Below are positions 17,432 to 25,387 of a stretch of DNA of 32,000 nucleotides, piece by piece (within the stretch, counting starts at the first letter, position 1; each line of letters begins with the position of its first letter). This DNA comes from Ferroglobus placidus DSM 10642 (lineage in GTDB: Archaea; Halobacteriota; Archaeoglobi; Archaeoglobales; Archaeoglobaceae). The stretch lies in assembly GCF_000025505.1 (NCBI RefSeq), contig NC_013849.1, positions 2,040,001-2,072,000 of the forward strand, read 5' to 3'. The position numbers and the translations under genes are program-made. The notes below the pieces were generated by a model that did no database searches, was not told where the DNA came from, and was given only the letters and a program-made list of their open reading frames with translations.

Positions 17432-18139
17432 CTAATGGTTTAATTTCTTTTCTGCTACAACGATCATATCCCACTTAGTCATTTTTCCGAAAAGACCTGA
17501 TTTATCTGCAAGCTTATCTAAAAAGAAATAAAATTGATCTGGTAGGGGTAAGTAGGGATTAAAGGCAATATAATCCAAAAGTATTACATTAAAACCCACG
17601 TTTTTCAAGATGTTAATTAGCTCGTTGGATGTATATTCTCTCAAATGCTCGTCTGTAGGTCCGGGAACGTAACGCTTCCCTTTAATTTTGCTTATTAATG
17701 ATCGGGGCAGAGCTGTAAATCTGCTTCTGTTTGGCGTAGTGAGGAGAAGAATTCCACCGGGTTTAAGGACTCTGTAACATTCTCTTATAAACTGCTCACC
17801 CTCAATAAAATGTTCTATGACCTCGGTTGATATAATTAAGTCAAACGATTCATCTTTGAGAGAAAGGTTTCTCGCATCAGCTTTGAGAAAATGAATGTTC
17901 TGGGAAACTACCACACTTGGCGTTTTAAGAGCGATATCTAATCCCACGACAAAAGGCTTTTTCATTTCTCTTAATGCAGTTTTATAATAATAATCTGTAA
18001 AACGACCGTCATTACAGCCGACATCTAAAATAGCTATTGTTTTATGATTTGAGAAAGGATGTCGTAAAATCCAGCTCAGTACCCTAAAAACAGTTTTCCT
18101 TTTTTTGTTCCAAGCGTATTTCACTTTGTTGCTCTTCAT
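17432..18139 (-). CDS. Class I SAM-dependent methyltransferase (Methyltransf_11 type)
   Basis: 235 aa; AILDVGCNDGRFTDYYYKTALREMKKPFVVGLDIAL, FDLIISTEVIEHFIEGEQFIRECYRVLKPGGILLLTTPN. Confidence 0.88.
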   Translation of the reverse strand: MKSNKVKYAWNKKRKTVFRVLSWILRHPFSNHKTIAILDVGCNDGRFTDYYYKTALREMKKPFVVGLDIALKTPSVVVSQNIHFLKADARNLSLKDESFDLIISTEVIEHFIEGEQFIRECYRVLKPGGILLLTTPNRSRFTALPRSLISKIKGKRYVPGPTDEHLREYTSNELINILKNVGFNVILLDYIAFNPYLPLPDQFYFFLDKLADKSGLFGKMTKWDMIVVAEKKLNH

Positions 18140-18336
18140 AATTTCCCCATCTTTTTCAGCTTTTCTATATGACTTCTTATTTTTTCTTTTTCATCTTCAG
18201 CTTTTATCTCTTTTCTTTCGCCTTTTTCGATTTCGAGCCACGGAACTTTAATTAACGCTGGAATGTGAATAAACGGAGGGTGCTCGTAGATTCTTATCGG
18301 AAATTGATAAGTGGACTCTCCGAAAGCTTCACTATT
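18136..18336 (-). pseudogene. Sulfatase family C-terminal remnant
   Basis: Minus-strand reading frame not in the ORF track: (N)SEAFGESTYQFPIRIYEHPPFIHIPALIKVPWLEIEKGERKEIKAEDEKEKIRSHIEKLKKMGKL*, resembling archaeal sulfatase C-termini (GExxGE..xHPP...LxxVPWL). Confidence 0.6.
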
Positions 18337-18396
18337 AAATTTTAGCTGGTGCTATGAGTACCTGCAACACAGTAATTATTGGGACAGACCGCATAG

Positions 18397-18406
18397 TTTT
18401 TAAAAT
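18397..18406 (+). promoter_or_regulatory. Candidate TATA box of the rfb operon
   Basis: 'tttttaaaat' ~26 bp upstream of the rfbA ATG at 18428. Confidence 0.45.
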
Positions 18407-18427
18407 CTTATTCACAAGATAACACCA

Positions 18428-19483
18428 ATGAAAGCCCTAATTCTTTCTGGCGGGCATGGAACTCGGTTGAGACCTTTAACCTACTCTCAACAGAAACAGC
18501 TCATACCTGTTGCAAACAAGCCGGTTTTATTTTATGCTATAGAGGATGTTATAGAAGCCGGTGTTAAGGAAATTGGGATTATAACCGGTCCGAATCGAGA
18601 GCAGGTTATTGAAACTGTCAACTCAGTTGATTGGGATGCTGAAATTACTTTCATTCATCAAGGAGATCCGAAAGGCTTGGCACATGCGATTCTTGTGGCT
18701 GAGGAATTCCTCGATAACGAAGAATTCGTAATGTATCTTGGTGATAATATCCTTAGAGATGGTATTGTTGATCATGCTAACAAGTTCAAGGAATTGAATC
18801 CGGACGCACTCATACTACTTACAGAGGTTGAAGAACCTCAACGCTTTGGAGTTGCTGAATTAGATGAAAACGGCAGAGTGAAGAGGTTAATAGAAAAGCC
18901 AAGAGTACCGCCATCTAACTATGCATTGGTTGGTGTTTACTTTTTTAAGCCCATAATTATAGAAGCTTGCAAAAATATCAAACCCTCTTGGAGGAACGAG
19001 CTTGAGATTACAGATGCAATTCAATGGCTTATCGACAACGGTTACAGGATTGAAGCATCTATTGTTACAGGATGGTGGAAAGACACTGGTAAGCCGGAGG
19101 ATATTTTAGAAGCTAACAGGCTCGTTTTGGATGAAATTGATGCAAAATGCGAAGGAATTTTGGAGAACTCGAAAGTTGTTGGAAGGGTTGTGATCGAGAA
19201 GAATTGTGTTGTTAAAAACTCAATAATAAAAGGTCCTTGCGTTATCGGGAAGAATTGCGTAATAGAAAACTCCTATATAGGACCTTACACATCCATAGGA
19301 GATAACTGCAAAATCGTGGAAACTGAGATTGAGGACAGCGTTATTATGGAGGGTAGTGAGATAATAAATGCTGGAAGAATTGTAGAGAGTTTAATAGGCA
19401 GAAATGTCGTAATTCGAAAGGGAGATTCGAAGCCGAGTGGTCAGAGATTCGTTGTGGGAGATAGCTCGCAAATAGTGTTGTGA
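18428..19483 (+). CDS. rfbA: Glucose-1-phosphate thymidylyltransferase (long, hexapeptide-containing form)
   Basis: 351 aa; MKALILSGGHGTRLRPLTYSQQKQLIPVANKPVLFYAIEDV, FVMYLGDNILRDGI, hexapeptide C-terminus. Confidence 0.92.
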   Translation: MKALILSGGHGTRLRPLTYSQQKQLIPVANKPVLFYAIEDVIEAGVKEIGIITGPNREQVIETVNSVDWDAEITFIHQGDPKGLAHAILVAEEFLDNEEFVMYLGDNILRDGIVDHANKFKELNPDALILLTEVEEPQRFGVAELDENGRVKRLIEKPRVPPSNYALVGVYFFKPIIIEACKNIKPSWRNELEITDAIQWLIDNGYRIEASIVTGWWKDTGKPEDILEANRLVLDEIDAKCEGILENSKVVGRVVIEKNCVVKNSIIKGPCVIGKNCVIENSYIGPYTSIGDNCKIVETEIEDSVIMEGSEIINAGRIVESLIGRNVVIRKGDSKPSGQRFVVGDSSQIVL

Positions 19484-20009
19484 TAACATGAAAGTGCTAG
19501 TTACAGGAGGTCTGGGCTTCATAGGGAGTAACTTCGTAAGGTATATCTTAGAGAGGTATTCGGATGTTGAAGTTATTAACGTGGATGCAATGAAATACGG
19601 ATCGAATCCAGCAAATCTCAAAGATGTCGAGAACGACGAGAGGTATTCCTTCATTAAAGGCGATATATCTGATTATAAACTTATGTCTAAACTCGTAAGA
19701 GATGTAGACATTGTAATAAATTTCGCAGCGGAGACACATGTTGATAGGAGCATATCCAACCCGCAATCTTTTTTACAAAGTAACGTTGTTGGAATTTTTA
19801 CAATACTCGAAGCTTTGAGAAGGGAAAATCCTGAAGCTAAATTAGTTCACATCTCTACGGATGAAGTATACGGGGATATTTTAAACGGATCTTTCAGGGA
19901 AGATGATAGATTGAAACCTTCTTCACCGTATTCAGCGAGTAAGGCAGCTGCGGATATGTTTGTTCTTGCTTATGTAAGAACTTATGGCTTGCACGACTTT
20001 GGGACAAAA

Positions 20010-20978
20010 TTACCTCATCACCCTCACAGCAAATATGTTGTGCCAAAGCCCGACAGCAAACAAAGCCATCTCTCTCCTGTCCTCCCTCCTCTGCCTTATC
20101 AACCATCCAAATCTCCTCTTATCAGCAGAAAATCCTGCCTCACTTAAGTTCCTCTTGAAGTACCTCTTCAGAAACCTATAAGGAGCTTCAACAATCCTCT
20201 CGATAACCCTCAACCAGTCAAATCCTATTCTGGCAAGATTTCGCTTTGGAATGACGTAGACAGCTGTCTCAGCATCAAACAGCCTCAGAGTCTTCCTACT
20301 GCTGTAATACTTATCCAGAGAAATCGAGTTTACCTTCACCCCCATGCTTTTGAGCATTCCTAAAGCCTTCTCAAAGGCATCTTTCTCAGATCTGTCAGAA
20401 TAGCCAAAGCCAACGTACATTCCCGTATCGATGTCAATTATCCTGAAAACGTATCTGAAGTCTTTACCTTTCCTTTTTAGATTGCTTCTATAGTGCTTAG
20501 TGATGGTTAGGCTGTATCCTGTCCCATCTCCTGAAAAATCTCCTGAAACTCCTTCCTCTCTAAGCAGAAGGATGAAGAGGTTGTGTAAAGCCATTCTAAC
20601 TTCTTCATCCGAGTATAATCTTTCTATCGTTTTGTAGCTAACCTTTATCCCGAATAAAGGTTCAAACAGCTCTAAAAGCTCCTCAATATCTCTGTTTGAT
20701 TTGTCCATCAGCCTTGCAAACAGAAAGAGCATAACTCTCTTCTCCAGATCAACTTTCTTTGGTCTTCCCACCCTCTTTTGCACGGTTATCACAGAAATAG
20801 CCTCTCTAACGTATTCAGGGAGTTTTCTCAGCCTTTCCTTAACAACTTCTCTCTTCCTCTCCCATTCTGTGTACGGATACTTTTCCTTCTCCTCCTGTCT
20901 TATCTCCTCTGCAATTTCATCCAAAACATCCAGAAGTTCCCTTACAAACTTCCCTGTCACTCTGAATCCAAGGTTCAT
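20010..20978 (-). CDS. ISA1214-type transposase
   Basis: 322 aa; VSGDFSGDGTGYSLTITKHYRS, VFRIIDIDTGMYVGFGYSDRSEKDAFEKAL, MALFAVGLWHNIFAV. Sits within the mapped IS ends. Confidence 0.92.
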   Translation of the reverse strand: MNLGFRVTGKFVRELLDVLDEIAEEIRQEEKEKYPYTEWERKREVVKERLRKLPEYVREAISVITVQKRVGRPKKVDLEKRVMLFLFARLMDKSNRDIEELLELFEPLFGIKVSYKTIERLYSDEEVRMALHNLFILLLREEGVSGDFSGDGTGYSLTITKHYRSNLKRKGKDFRYVFRIIDIDTGMYVGFGYSDRSEKDAFEKALGMLKSMGVKVNSISLDKYYSSRKTLRLFDAETAVYVIPKRNLARIGFDWLRVIERIVEAPYRFLKRYFKRNLSEAGFSADKRRFGWLIRQRREDRREMALFAVGLWHNIFAVRVMR

Positions 20979-21029
20979 GTTCTGATTCCAACCAAAAAGT
21001 ATTTAAGTATTTCTATGGATATACTTAAC

Positions 21030-21188
21030 ATGAGGAGGGTTGAAGTGAAGAAGGGAGATTTTGTTCTGAAAGAGGAGGTTGAGGTTGTTTTCGAGAAGAG
21101 AGTCACGCCTTTCGGTAATTCAGCAAAGGTTGATGTGCCCAAGAGGTATATTGGGTGGAGAGCGTATGTGATTGTTGTCAGGGATTAA
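21030..21188 (+). CDS. DUF2080 family transposon-encoded small protein
   Basis: 52 aa MRRVEVKKGDFVLKEEVEVVFEKRVTPFGNSAKVDVPKRYIGWRAYVIVVRD, divergent from the transposase. AbrB-like 'GNSAKVDVPKRYIG' motif. Confidence 0.85.
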   Translation: MRRVEVKKGDFVLKEEVEVVFEKRVTPFGNSAKVDVPKRYIGWRAYVIVVRD

Positions 21189-21744
21189 AGGAATTTTGTC
21201 CCAAAACCGGCTTGCACGCTATGATTACAAGGTGCACGAATAACTATGGACCCTATCAGTTCCCGGAGAAGCTGATTCCTAAGACAATTATCAGAGCATC
21301 GATGGGTCTAAAAGTGCCCATTTACGGGACTGGCAAGAACGTTAGAGATTGGATCTACGTTTTGGATCACTGCGAAGCAATAAATTTAGTGATGAGGGAA
21401 GGAGAGAAAGGTGAGATCTACAACATCTCAAGCGGGGAGGAGAAAACTAATTTAGAAGTCGTGAAAACAATTCTCGATCTCATGGGCAAGGATGATAGCT
21501 TAATCGAGTTCGTTGAAGACAGACCAGGACACGATATGAGGTATAGCTTAGATTCCTCAAAAATCAGAGAAGAATTAGGTTGGAAACCCAAGCACAGCTT
21601 TGAGGAAGGGATAAGGGAAACTGTGAAATGGTATCTGCAGAATGAGTGGTGGTGGAAACCTTTAGCTGACGAAAGAGTGTTGCATCCGACTCCTTGGAAG
21701 CTAAGGTGGTAATGTTTAAAAAGTGTCATTTCAAACATATCACC

Positions 21745-21990
21745 ATGGTATCTGATGTGGAAATAATTAAAGATTTGGATAAACAGGGTAGGTTGGTATT
21801 GCCAAAGGAATGGAGGGAAAAATACGCTAAGAGGGGGAAAGTAATTCTGAAAGTAGAGAACGACACTATCGTAATAAAGCCGTATAAATTAGCGGATCTA
21901 ACGGAATTCTTCGATAAAATTGAGGTTGACATTAAGTCCGATCTATCTGACTGGAAATCTGTAAGGAGGGAGCTACTTGAGGTTCGTTGA
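21745..21990 (+). CDS. AbrB/SpoVT-type (VapB) antitoxin
   Basis: MVSDVEIIKDLDKQGRLVLPKEWREKYAKRGKVILKVENDTIVIKP is AbrB-like. The start may alternatively be ATG 21712, overlapping the rfbB stop. Confidence 0.88.
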   Translation: MVSDVEIIKDLDKQGRLVLPKEWREKYAKRGKVILKVENDTIVIKPYKLADLTEFFDKIEVDIKSDLSDWKSVRRELLEVR

Positions 21991-22393
21991 TGCAAGCGTT
22001 TTTGTTCACGCATATCTTAAGCCGAAAAGAAAACTTAAGCCTAATGAAGTTAAGGTGAAGGAATCTGCCAAAGAGATCGTGAAGAGAATCAACGATGGTG
22101 AAGAAGTCGGTATAACTGTCGTGCAGATAACTGAGATAGCAAACCTGTTGGAGAGTTATTTACCTCTTAGCGAGGCTCTGAAGGTTGAGGAGTTTCTTCT
22201 ATTAGCTGGAAACGTGAAGGTTTTTGATGTTACGAAGAAAGATTGTTTGAAAGCTGTGAAGATAGCCAAGGAGAAAGATGTTGGATTGAGCGATGCGATA
22301 GCTTACGTGGTAATGAAGAAAAACAGCGTTGGGGAGATATATTCGTTCGATACCGATTTCGACAAGCTTGATGTGACAAGGGTTACAGAGTGA
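21977..22393 (+). CDS. PIN-domain (VapC) toxin
   Basis: 138 aa; MRFVDASVFVHAYLKPKR, VVQITEIANLLE, GLSDAIAYVVMKKNSVGEIYSFDTDFDKL. Confidence 0.9.
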   Translation: MRFVDASVFVHAYLKPKRKLKPNEVKVKESAKEIVKRINDGEEVGITVVQITEIANLLESYLPLSEALKVEEFLLLAGNVKVFDVTKKDCLKAVKIAKEKDVGLSDAIAYVVMKKNSVGEIYSFDTDFDKLDVTRVTE

Positions 22394-22397
22394 TAAC

Positions 22398-23270
22398 ATG
22401 AGAATTTTCATCACTGGGGGAAGCGGTCTTTTGGGAAGCAAATTGGCTGAGATAGCTTTGGAAAAGGGGTATGAAGTTTATTCTGGTTACAACAGTCATA
22501 AGCCCGAGTTTGGTAAGCCGGTTAAGTTTGACTTAGCTAATTCAGATAGTGTTGTAAGAGCTATTAGCGAAGTTAAGCCAGATGTGATTGTCCACTCTGC
22601 AGCACTTACAGATGTTGACAGGTGCGAAGTTGAGAAAGATCTAGCCTATAAGATAAACGTTGAAGGAACTAAGATCGTTGCTGAAATGGCAAGAAAGGTT
22701 GGAGCTTACATGGTTTACATCTCAACGGATTACGTTTTCGATGGAGAGAGGGGGATGTACAAGGAGGAAGATGAAACCCATCCCATTAACTATTACGGCT
22801 ACACGAAGCTGTTAGGAGAGAAATACTGTCGGGATTTCTGCATTGCAAGAACTTGCGTTATATACGGAGCGAAACCGGCAAGCGGTAAGGTTAACTTCGC
22901 TTTGTGGTTGATTAACAAGCTCGAGAACGGAGAAAGCGTTAAAATCGTTACTGATCAGTTTATTACTCCTACTTTAAACACCAACCTTGCTAAGATGGTT
23001 TTTGAATGTGCAGAACGGAAGCTAAAAGGAGTTTTCCATTTAGCTGGAGCAACGAGAGTTTCGAGGTTCGAATTCGCTAAAGAAATTGCAAGAGTCTTTG
23101 GATTGGATGATAGTTTGATTACTCCATCAAGAATGGACGAAATAAACTGGATCGCTAAAAGACCAAGGGATTCGTCTCTCGATACTTCTAAAGCTCGGAA
23201 TTTGCTCGATGAAAAACCTTACGAGTTGAGAAAAGCTTTAAAGACTCTTAAAGATGAGATTGAGGTGTAA
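22398..23270 (+). CDS. rfbD: dTDP-4-dehydrorhamnose reductase
   Basis: 290 aa; MRIFITGGSGLLGSKLAEIALEKGYEVYSGY, VIHSAALTDVDRCEVEKDLAYKINVEGTKIVAE, YGYTKLLGEKY. Confidence 0.92.
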   Translation: MRIFITGGSGLLGSKLAEIALEKGYEVYSGYNSHKPEFGKPVKFDLANSDSVVRAISEVKPDVIVHSAALTDVDRCEVEKDLAYKINVEGTKIVAEMARKVGAYMVYISTDYVFDGERGMYKEEDETHPINYYGYTKLLGEKYCRDFCIARTCVIYGAKPASGKVNFALWLINKLENGESVKIVTDQFITPTLNTNLAKMVFECAERKLKGVFHLAGATRVSRFEFAKEIARVFGLDDSLITPSRMDEINWIAKRPRDSSLDTSKARNLLDEKPYELRKALKTLKDEIEV

Positions 23271-23272
23271 CT

Positions 23273-23356
23273 ATGCTTCCCGGCATAGTTATCAAGCCCT
23301 TAAAGAGGTTTGCAGATGAGAGGGGATTTTTCACCGAAATAATGCGTAAGGACTGG
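23273..23356 (+). pseudogene. Truncated duplicate of the rfbC 5' end
   Basis: MLPGIVIKPLKRFADERGFFTEIMRKDW then divergent sequence. 55 nt (23302-23356) identical to 24037-24091 in intact rfbC. Confidence 0.92.
23302..23356 (+). repeat. 55-bp perfect direct repeat, copy 1 (copy 2 at 24037-24091)
   Basis: aaagaggtttgcagatgagaggggatttttcaccgaaataatgcgtaaggactgg, read directly at both sites. Confidence 0.95.
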
Positions 23357-23411
23357 GACATCTTAAAAAGCAAACCCAAATGTTTTTAAGATTTAGGATG
23401 GAGAAGAAATT

Positions 23412-23660
23412 ATGATTTCGATAAGAAGAGAAGTTCATGAAGAGATTTTGAAAAGACTTCTCACTGAGCTTGAATATTACGAGGCTATTATCGCTAAATT
23501 TGAGAAAAAATACAAATGCTCTTTAGATGAGCTAGAAAGAAAAATTGAAAGAGAAGGTGTGCCTTTAGACAACCACGAAATTTGGGAAGATAGTATAGAA
23601 TGGAGAAATGCCGTTGAAGAGGTAGAAAGACTAAAGAAGCTCATAGAAGAGTTAAAATGA
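23412..23660 (+). CDS. Putative antitoxin of a TumE-type TA pair (TumA-like)
   Basis: 82 aa charged helical protein immediately upstream of, and overlapping by 4 bp (ATGA), the TumE-like gene. The family call rests on gene context. Confidence 0.6.
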   Translation: MISIRREVHEEILKRLLTELEYYEAIIAKFEKKYKCSLDELERKIEREGVPLDNHEIWEDSIEWRNAVEEVERLKKLIEELK

Positions 23661-23995
23661 CTGAAATCCTTAAAAAAGTCGCAAAGAAGTTGCTGGATTA
23701 CGACATCGTATTAAAAGTGGAATTTTTGGGGACAAAGGTCAGGGCTTATTTGGTTAATGGATACGTTCTTGATGTATATTATAACCAAACGCTTGGAAAA
23801 TATAGCTACACACTAATAAGAGAGAACAGGAGAATAATTGGATGGGATAACGCACCGCACCACGTATCTGTAAGAACACATCCAGACCATTTTCATGACG
23901 TAGATGGAAAAATTAAGCCATCGTATTTGTCTGGAAATCCTCTGAAAGATTTGAATGAAGTCCTAAATGTTATTAGGAATGTGTTATTGGATTGA
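23657..23995 (+). CDS. TumE-family (DUF6516-like) toxin
   Basis: 112 aa; YSYTLIRENRRIIGWDNAPHHVSVRTHPDHFHDVDGKIKPS...LKDLNEVLNVI, resembling the WDNAPHH...H.HH signature. Confidence 0.75.
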   Translation: MTEILKKVAKKLLDYDIVLKVEFLGTKVRAYLVNGYVLDVYYNQTLGKYSYTLIRENRRIIGWDNAPHHVSVRTHPDHFHDVDGKIKPSYLSGNPLKDLNEVLNVIRNVLLD

Positions 23996-24007
23996 GGTGG
24001 TGTAATC

Positions 24008-24508
24008 ATGCTCCCTGGTATAGTTGTTAAACCTCTAAAGAGGTTTGCAGATGAGAGGGGATTTTTCACCGAAATAATGCGTAAGGACTGGAGTGATATT
24101 TTCAAAGATGAGATAGTTCAGGCGAATCTGTCAATTACCTATCCAGGGATCGTTAGAGCCTGGCACAAACACGAGAGGGGACAAGTTGATTACTTTGTCT
24201 GCATTAAAGGAGCAATCAAAATTTGTGTCTACGATGAAAAAACTCAGGAGTTAGCTGAAATTATTTCCACTGGAGATAATCCTCAAGTTGTCAGAGTTCC
24301 CGGGCACTACTGGCATGGGTTTAAAGCTATCGGCGTTGAGCCAGCGATGTTGGTCTATTTCGTGAGTAGGTTGTATGATTACGAGAACCCTGACGAAGTG
24401 CGGAGACCTTGGAACGATCCTACAGTAGTTCCAAAGATAATAAATGGTAGAACTGACGATCCCCGCTGTAACAAGCCGTGGGACTGGTTCTACCCACCAT
24501 ATAAATAA
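24008..24508 (+). CDS. rfbC: dTDP-4-dehydrorhamnose 3,5-epimerase family protein
   Basis: 166 aa; RFADERGFFTEIMRKDW, NLSITYPGIVRAWHKHERGQVDYFVCIKGAIKICVYD, VPGHYWHGFKAIG. Confidence 0.92.
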   Translation: MLPGIVVKPLKRFADERGFFTEIMRKDWSDIFKDEIVQANLSITYPGIVRAWHKHERGQVDYFVCIKGAIKICVYDEKTQELAEIISTGDNPQVVRVPGHYWHGFKAIGVEPAMLVYFVSRLYDYENPDEVRRPWNDPTVVPKIINGRTDDPRCNKPWDWFYPPYK

Positions 24509-24586
24509 AATAGTTTGAAATGTTTATAAAAAATTTTATAAAATGGAGATGAGGGTAATGCCTCAGTAATGTTTATATTCAATTAG

Positions 24587-24886
24587 TTGGATAAATCGGT
24601 GATGATGTGTCCGCATTGCAAATCGATAAAAACTGTGAAAATGGGCTGTTATTACACGAAATCTGGTGAGAGGAGGCAGAGATACAAATGCAAGAGCTGC
24701 GGGAGAACTTTCGTTTTGAATCCGATAAAGCCGAGGAATTATCCCGAGGAATTTAAGGAGATGGTAGTTAGAGCTGTTGTGAAGGAGGGTGTAGGGATAA
24801 GACAAGCGAGCAGAATTTTCAAGCTTTCTCCTAACACTGTGACAGCTTGGGTAAGAGAATTTTCTAAAAAAAGACCTGAGAAATGA
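24587..24886 (+). CDS. IS1 family InsA-like zinc-finger/HTH protein
   Basis: MMCPHCKSIKTVKMGCYYTKSGERRQRYKCKSCGRTFV...IRQASRIFKLSPNTVTAWVREF. Confidence 0.9.
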   Translation: MDKSVMMCPHCKSIKTVKMGCYYTKSGERRQRYKCKSCGRTFVLNPIKPRNYPEEFKEMVVRAVVKEGVGIRQASRIFKLSPNTVTAWVREFSKKRPEK

Positions 24887-25301
24887 GATTAGATCGGAAA
24901 AGCCTGTTATCGAGTTAGATGAAGCTTGGAGTTTTGTTAAGAAAAAGGAAAACGAAATCTGGATTTGGATTGCTTTAGAGAGAAATTCCCGAAAAATAAT
25001 AAGTTATGCAATAGGAGATCGTTCTGTGGATACTTTCAAGAAATTGTGGGACGGAATTGGCGATGAAATAAAGCGGAAAGCAATTTTCTACACGGATCGC
25101 TGGGACGCTTATAATTTGATTCCTTACAGGCAGAGAATCGTAAGAAGAGGAGGAACGAACCACGTTGAAAGGTTATTCTTAACTCTGAGAAATGATAATC
25201 CGAGATTCGCAAGAAAATCAATCAGATTCTCAAAATCCTCGGAAATGCTCGAAAATTCTTTTAAATTGTGGATTCATTACTATAATTTATCAACATTATA
25301 G
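24885..25301 (+). CDS. IS1 family InsB-like transposase catalytic frame
   Basis: EIRSEKPVIELDEAWSFVKKKENEIWIWIALERNSRKIISYAIGDRSVDTFKKLWDGI...FYTDRWDAYNLIP...RRGGTNHVERLFLTLRNDNPRFARKS. This frame is open upstream of the ATG used in the ORF track and is +1 relative to InsA. Confidence 0.88.
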   Translation, partial: EIRSEKPVIELDEAWSFVKKKENEIWIWIALERNSRKIISYAIGDRSVDTFKKLWDGIGDEIKRKAIFYTDRWDAYNLIPYRQRIVRRGGTNHVERLFLTLRNDNPRFARKSIRFSKSSEMLENSFKLWIHYYNLSTL

Positions 25302-25387
25302 TGACACTACCGAGATGAGAACCAATCAAGTCTTTCAGAGGATAGCAAGAGGGTCAGAGATAGTATTCGTTGACACAATTATCTCAG

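Larger units (their letters stand above)
19995..21208 (-). mobile_element. Complete ISA1214-type insertion sequence (1214 bp)
   Basis: Ends GACTTTGGGACAAAATTACC and (reverse complement) GGTTTTGGGACAAAATTCC, flanked by direct repeats ggcttgcac (19986-19994, 21209-21217). Length 1214 bp; encodes a transposase and a DUF2080-like small protein. Confidence 0.95.
19488..21712 (+). pseudogene. rfbB: dTDP-glucose 4,6-dehydratase, interrupted by an ISA1214-like element (exons 19488..19994 and 21218..21712)
   Basis: N-part MKVLVTGGLGFIGSNFVRYILERY...YSASKAAADMFVLAYVRTYGLH. C-part AMITRCTNNYGPYQFPEKLIPKTIIRA...TPWKLRW. Removing 19995..21208 plus one 9-bp repeat restores a 1002-bp in-frame gene. Confidence 0.95.
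24554..25311 (+). mobile_element. Complete IS1-family insertion sequence (758 bp)
   Basis: Imperfect 24-bp terminal inverted repeats ggtaatgcctcagtaatgtttata / (rc) ggtagtgtcactataatgttgata. 8-bp direct repeats gagatgag at 24546-24553 and 25312-25319. Encodes InsA-like and InsB-like frames. Confidence 0.93.

Noticed and set aside
17391-18375. Possible direct repeat 'gctggtgcta' at ~17396 and ~18345 flanking the methyltransferase
   Set aside because: Only about 10 nt match clearly; too short to claim as element ends or a duplication.
20701-20985. Plus-strand ORF opposite the transposase
   Set aside because: Antisense to the transposase coding frame within the mapped IS.
20778-21029. N-terminal extension of the small IS protein in the ORF track
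   Set aside because: The extension is antisense to the transposase start; the conserved small protein begins at ATG 21030.
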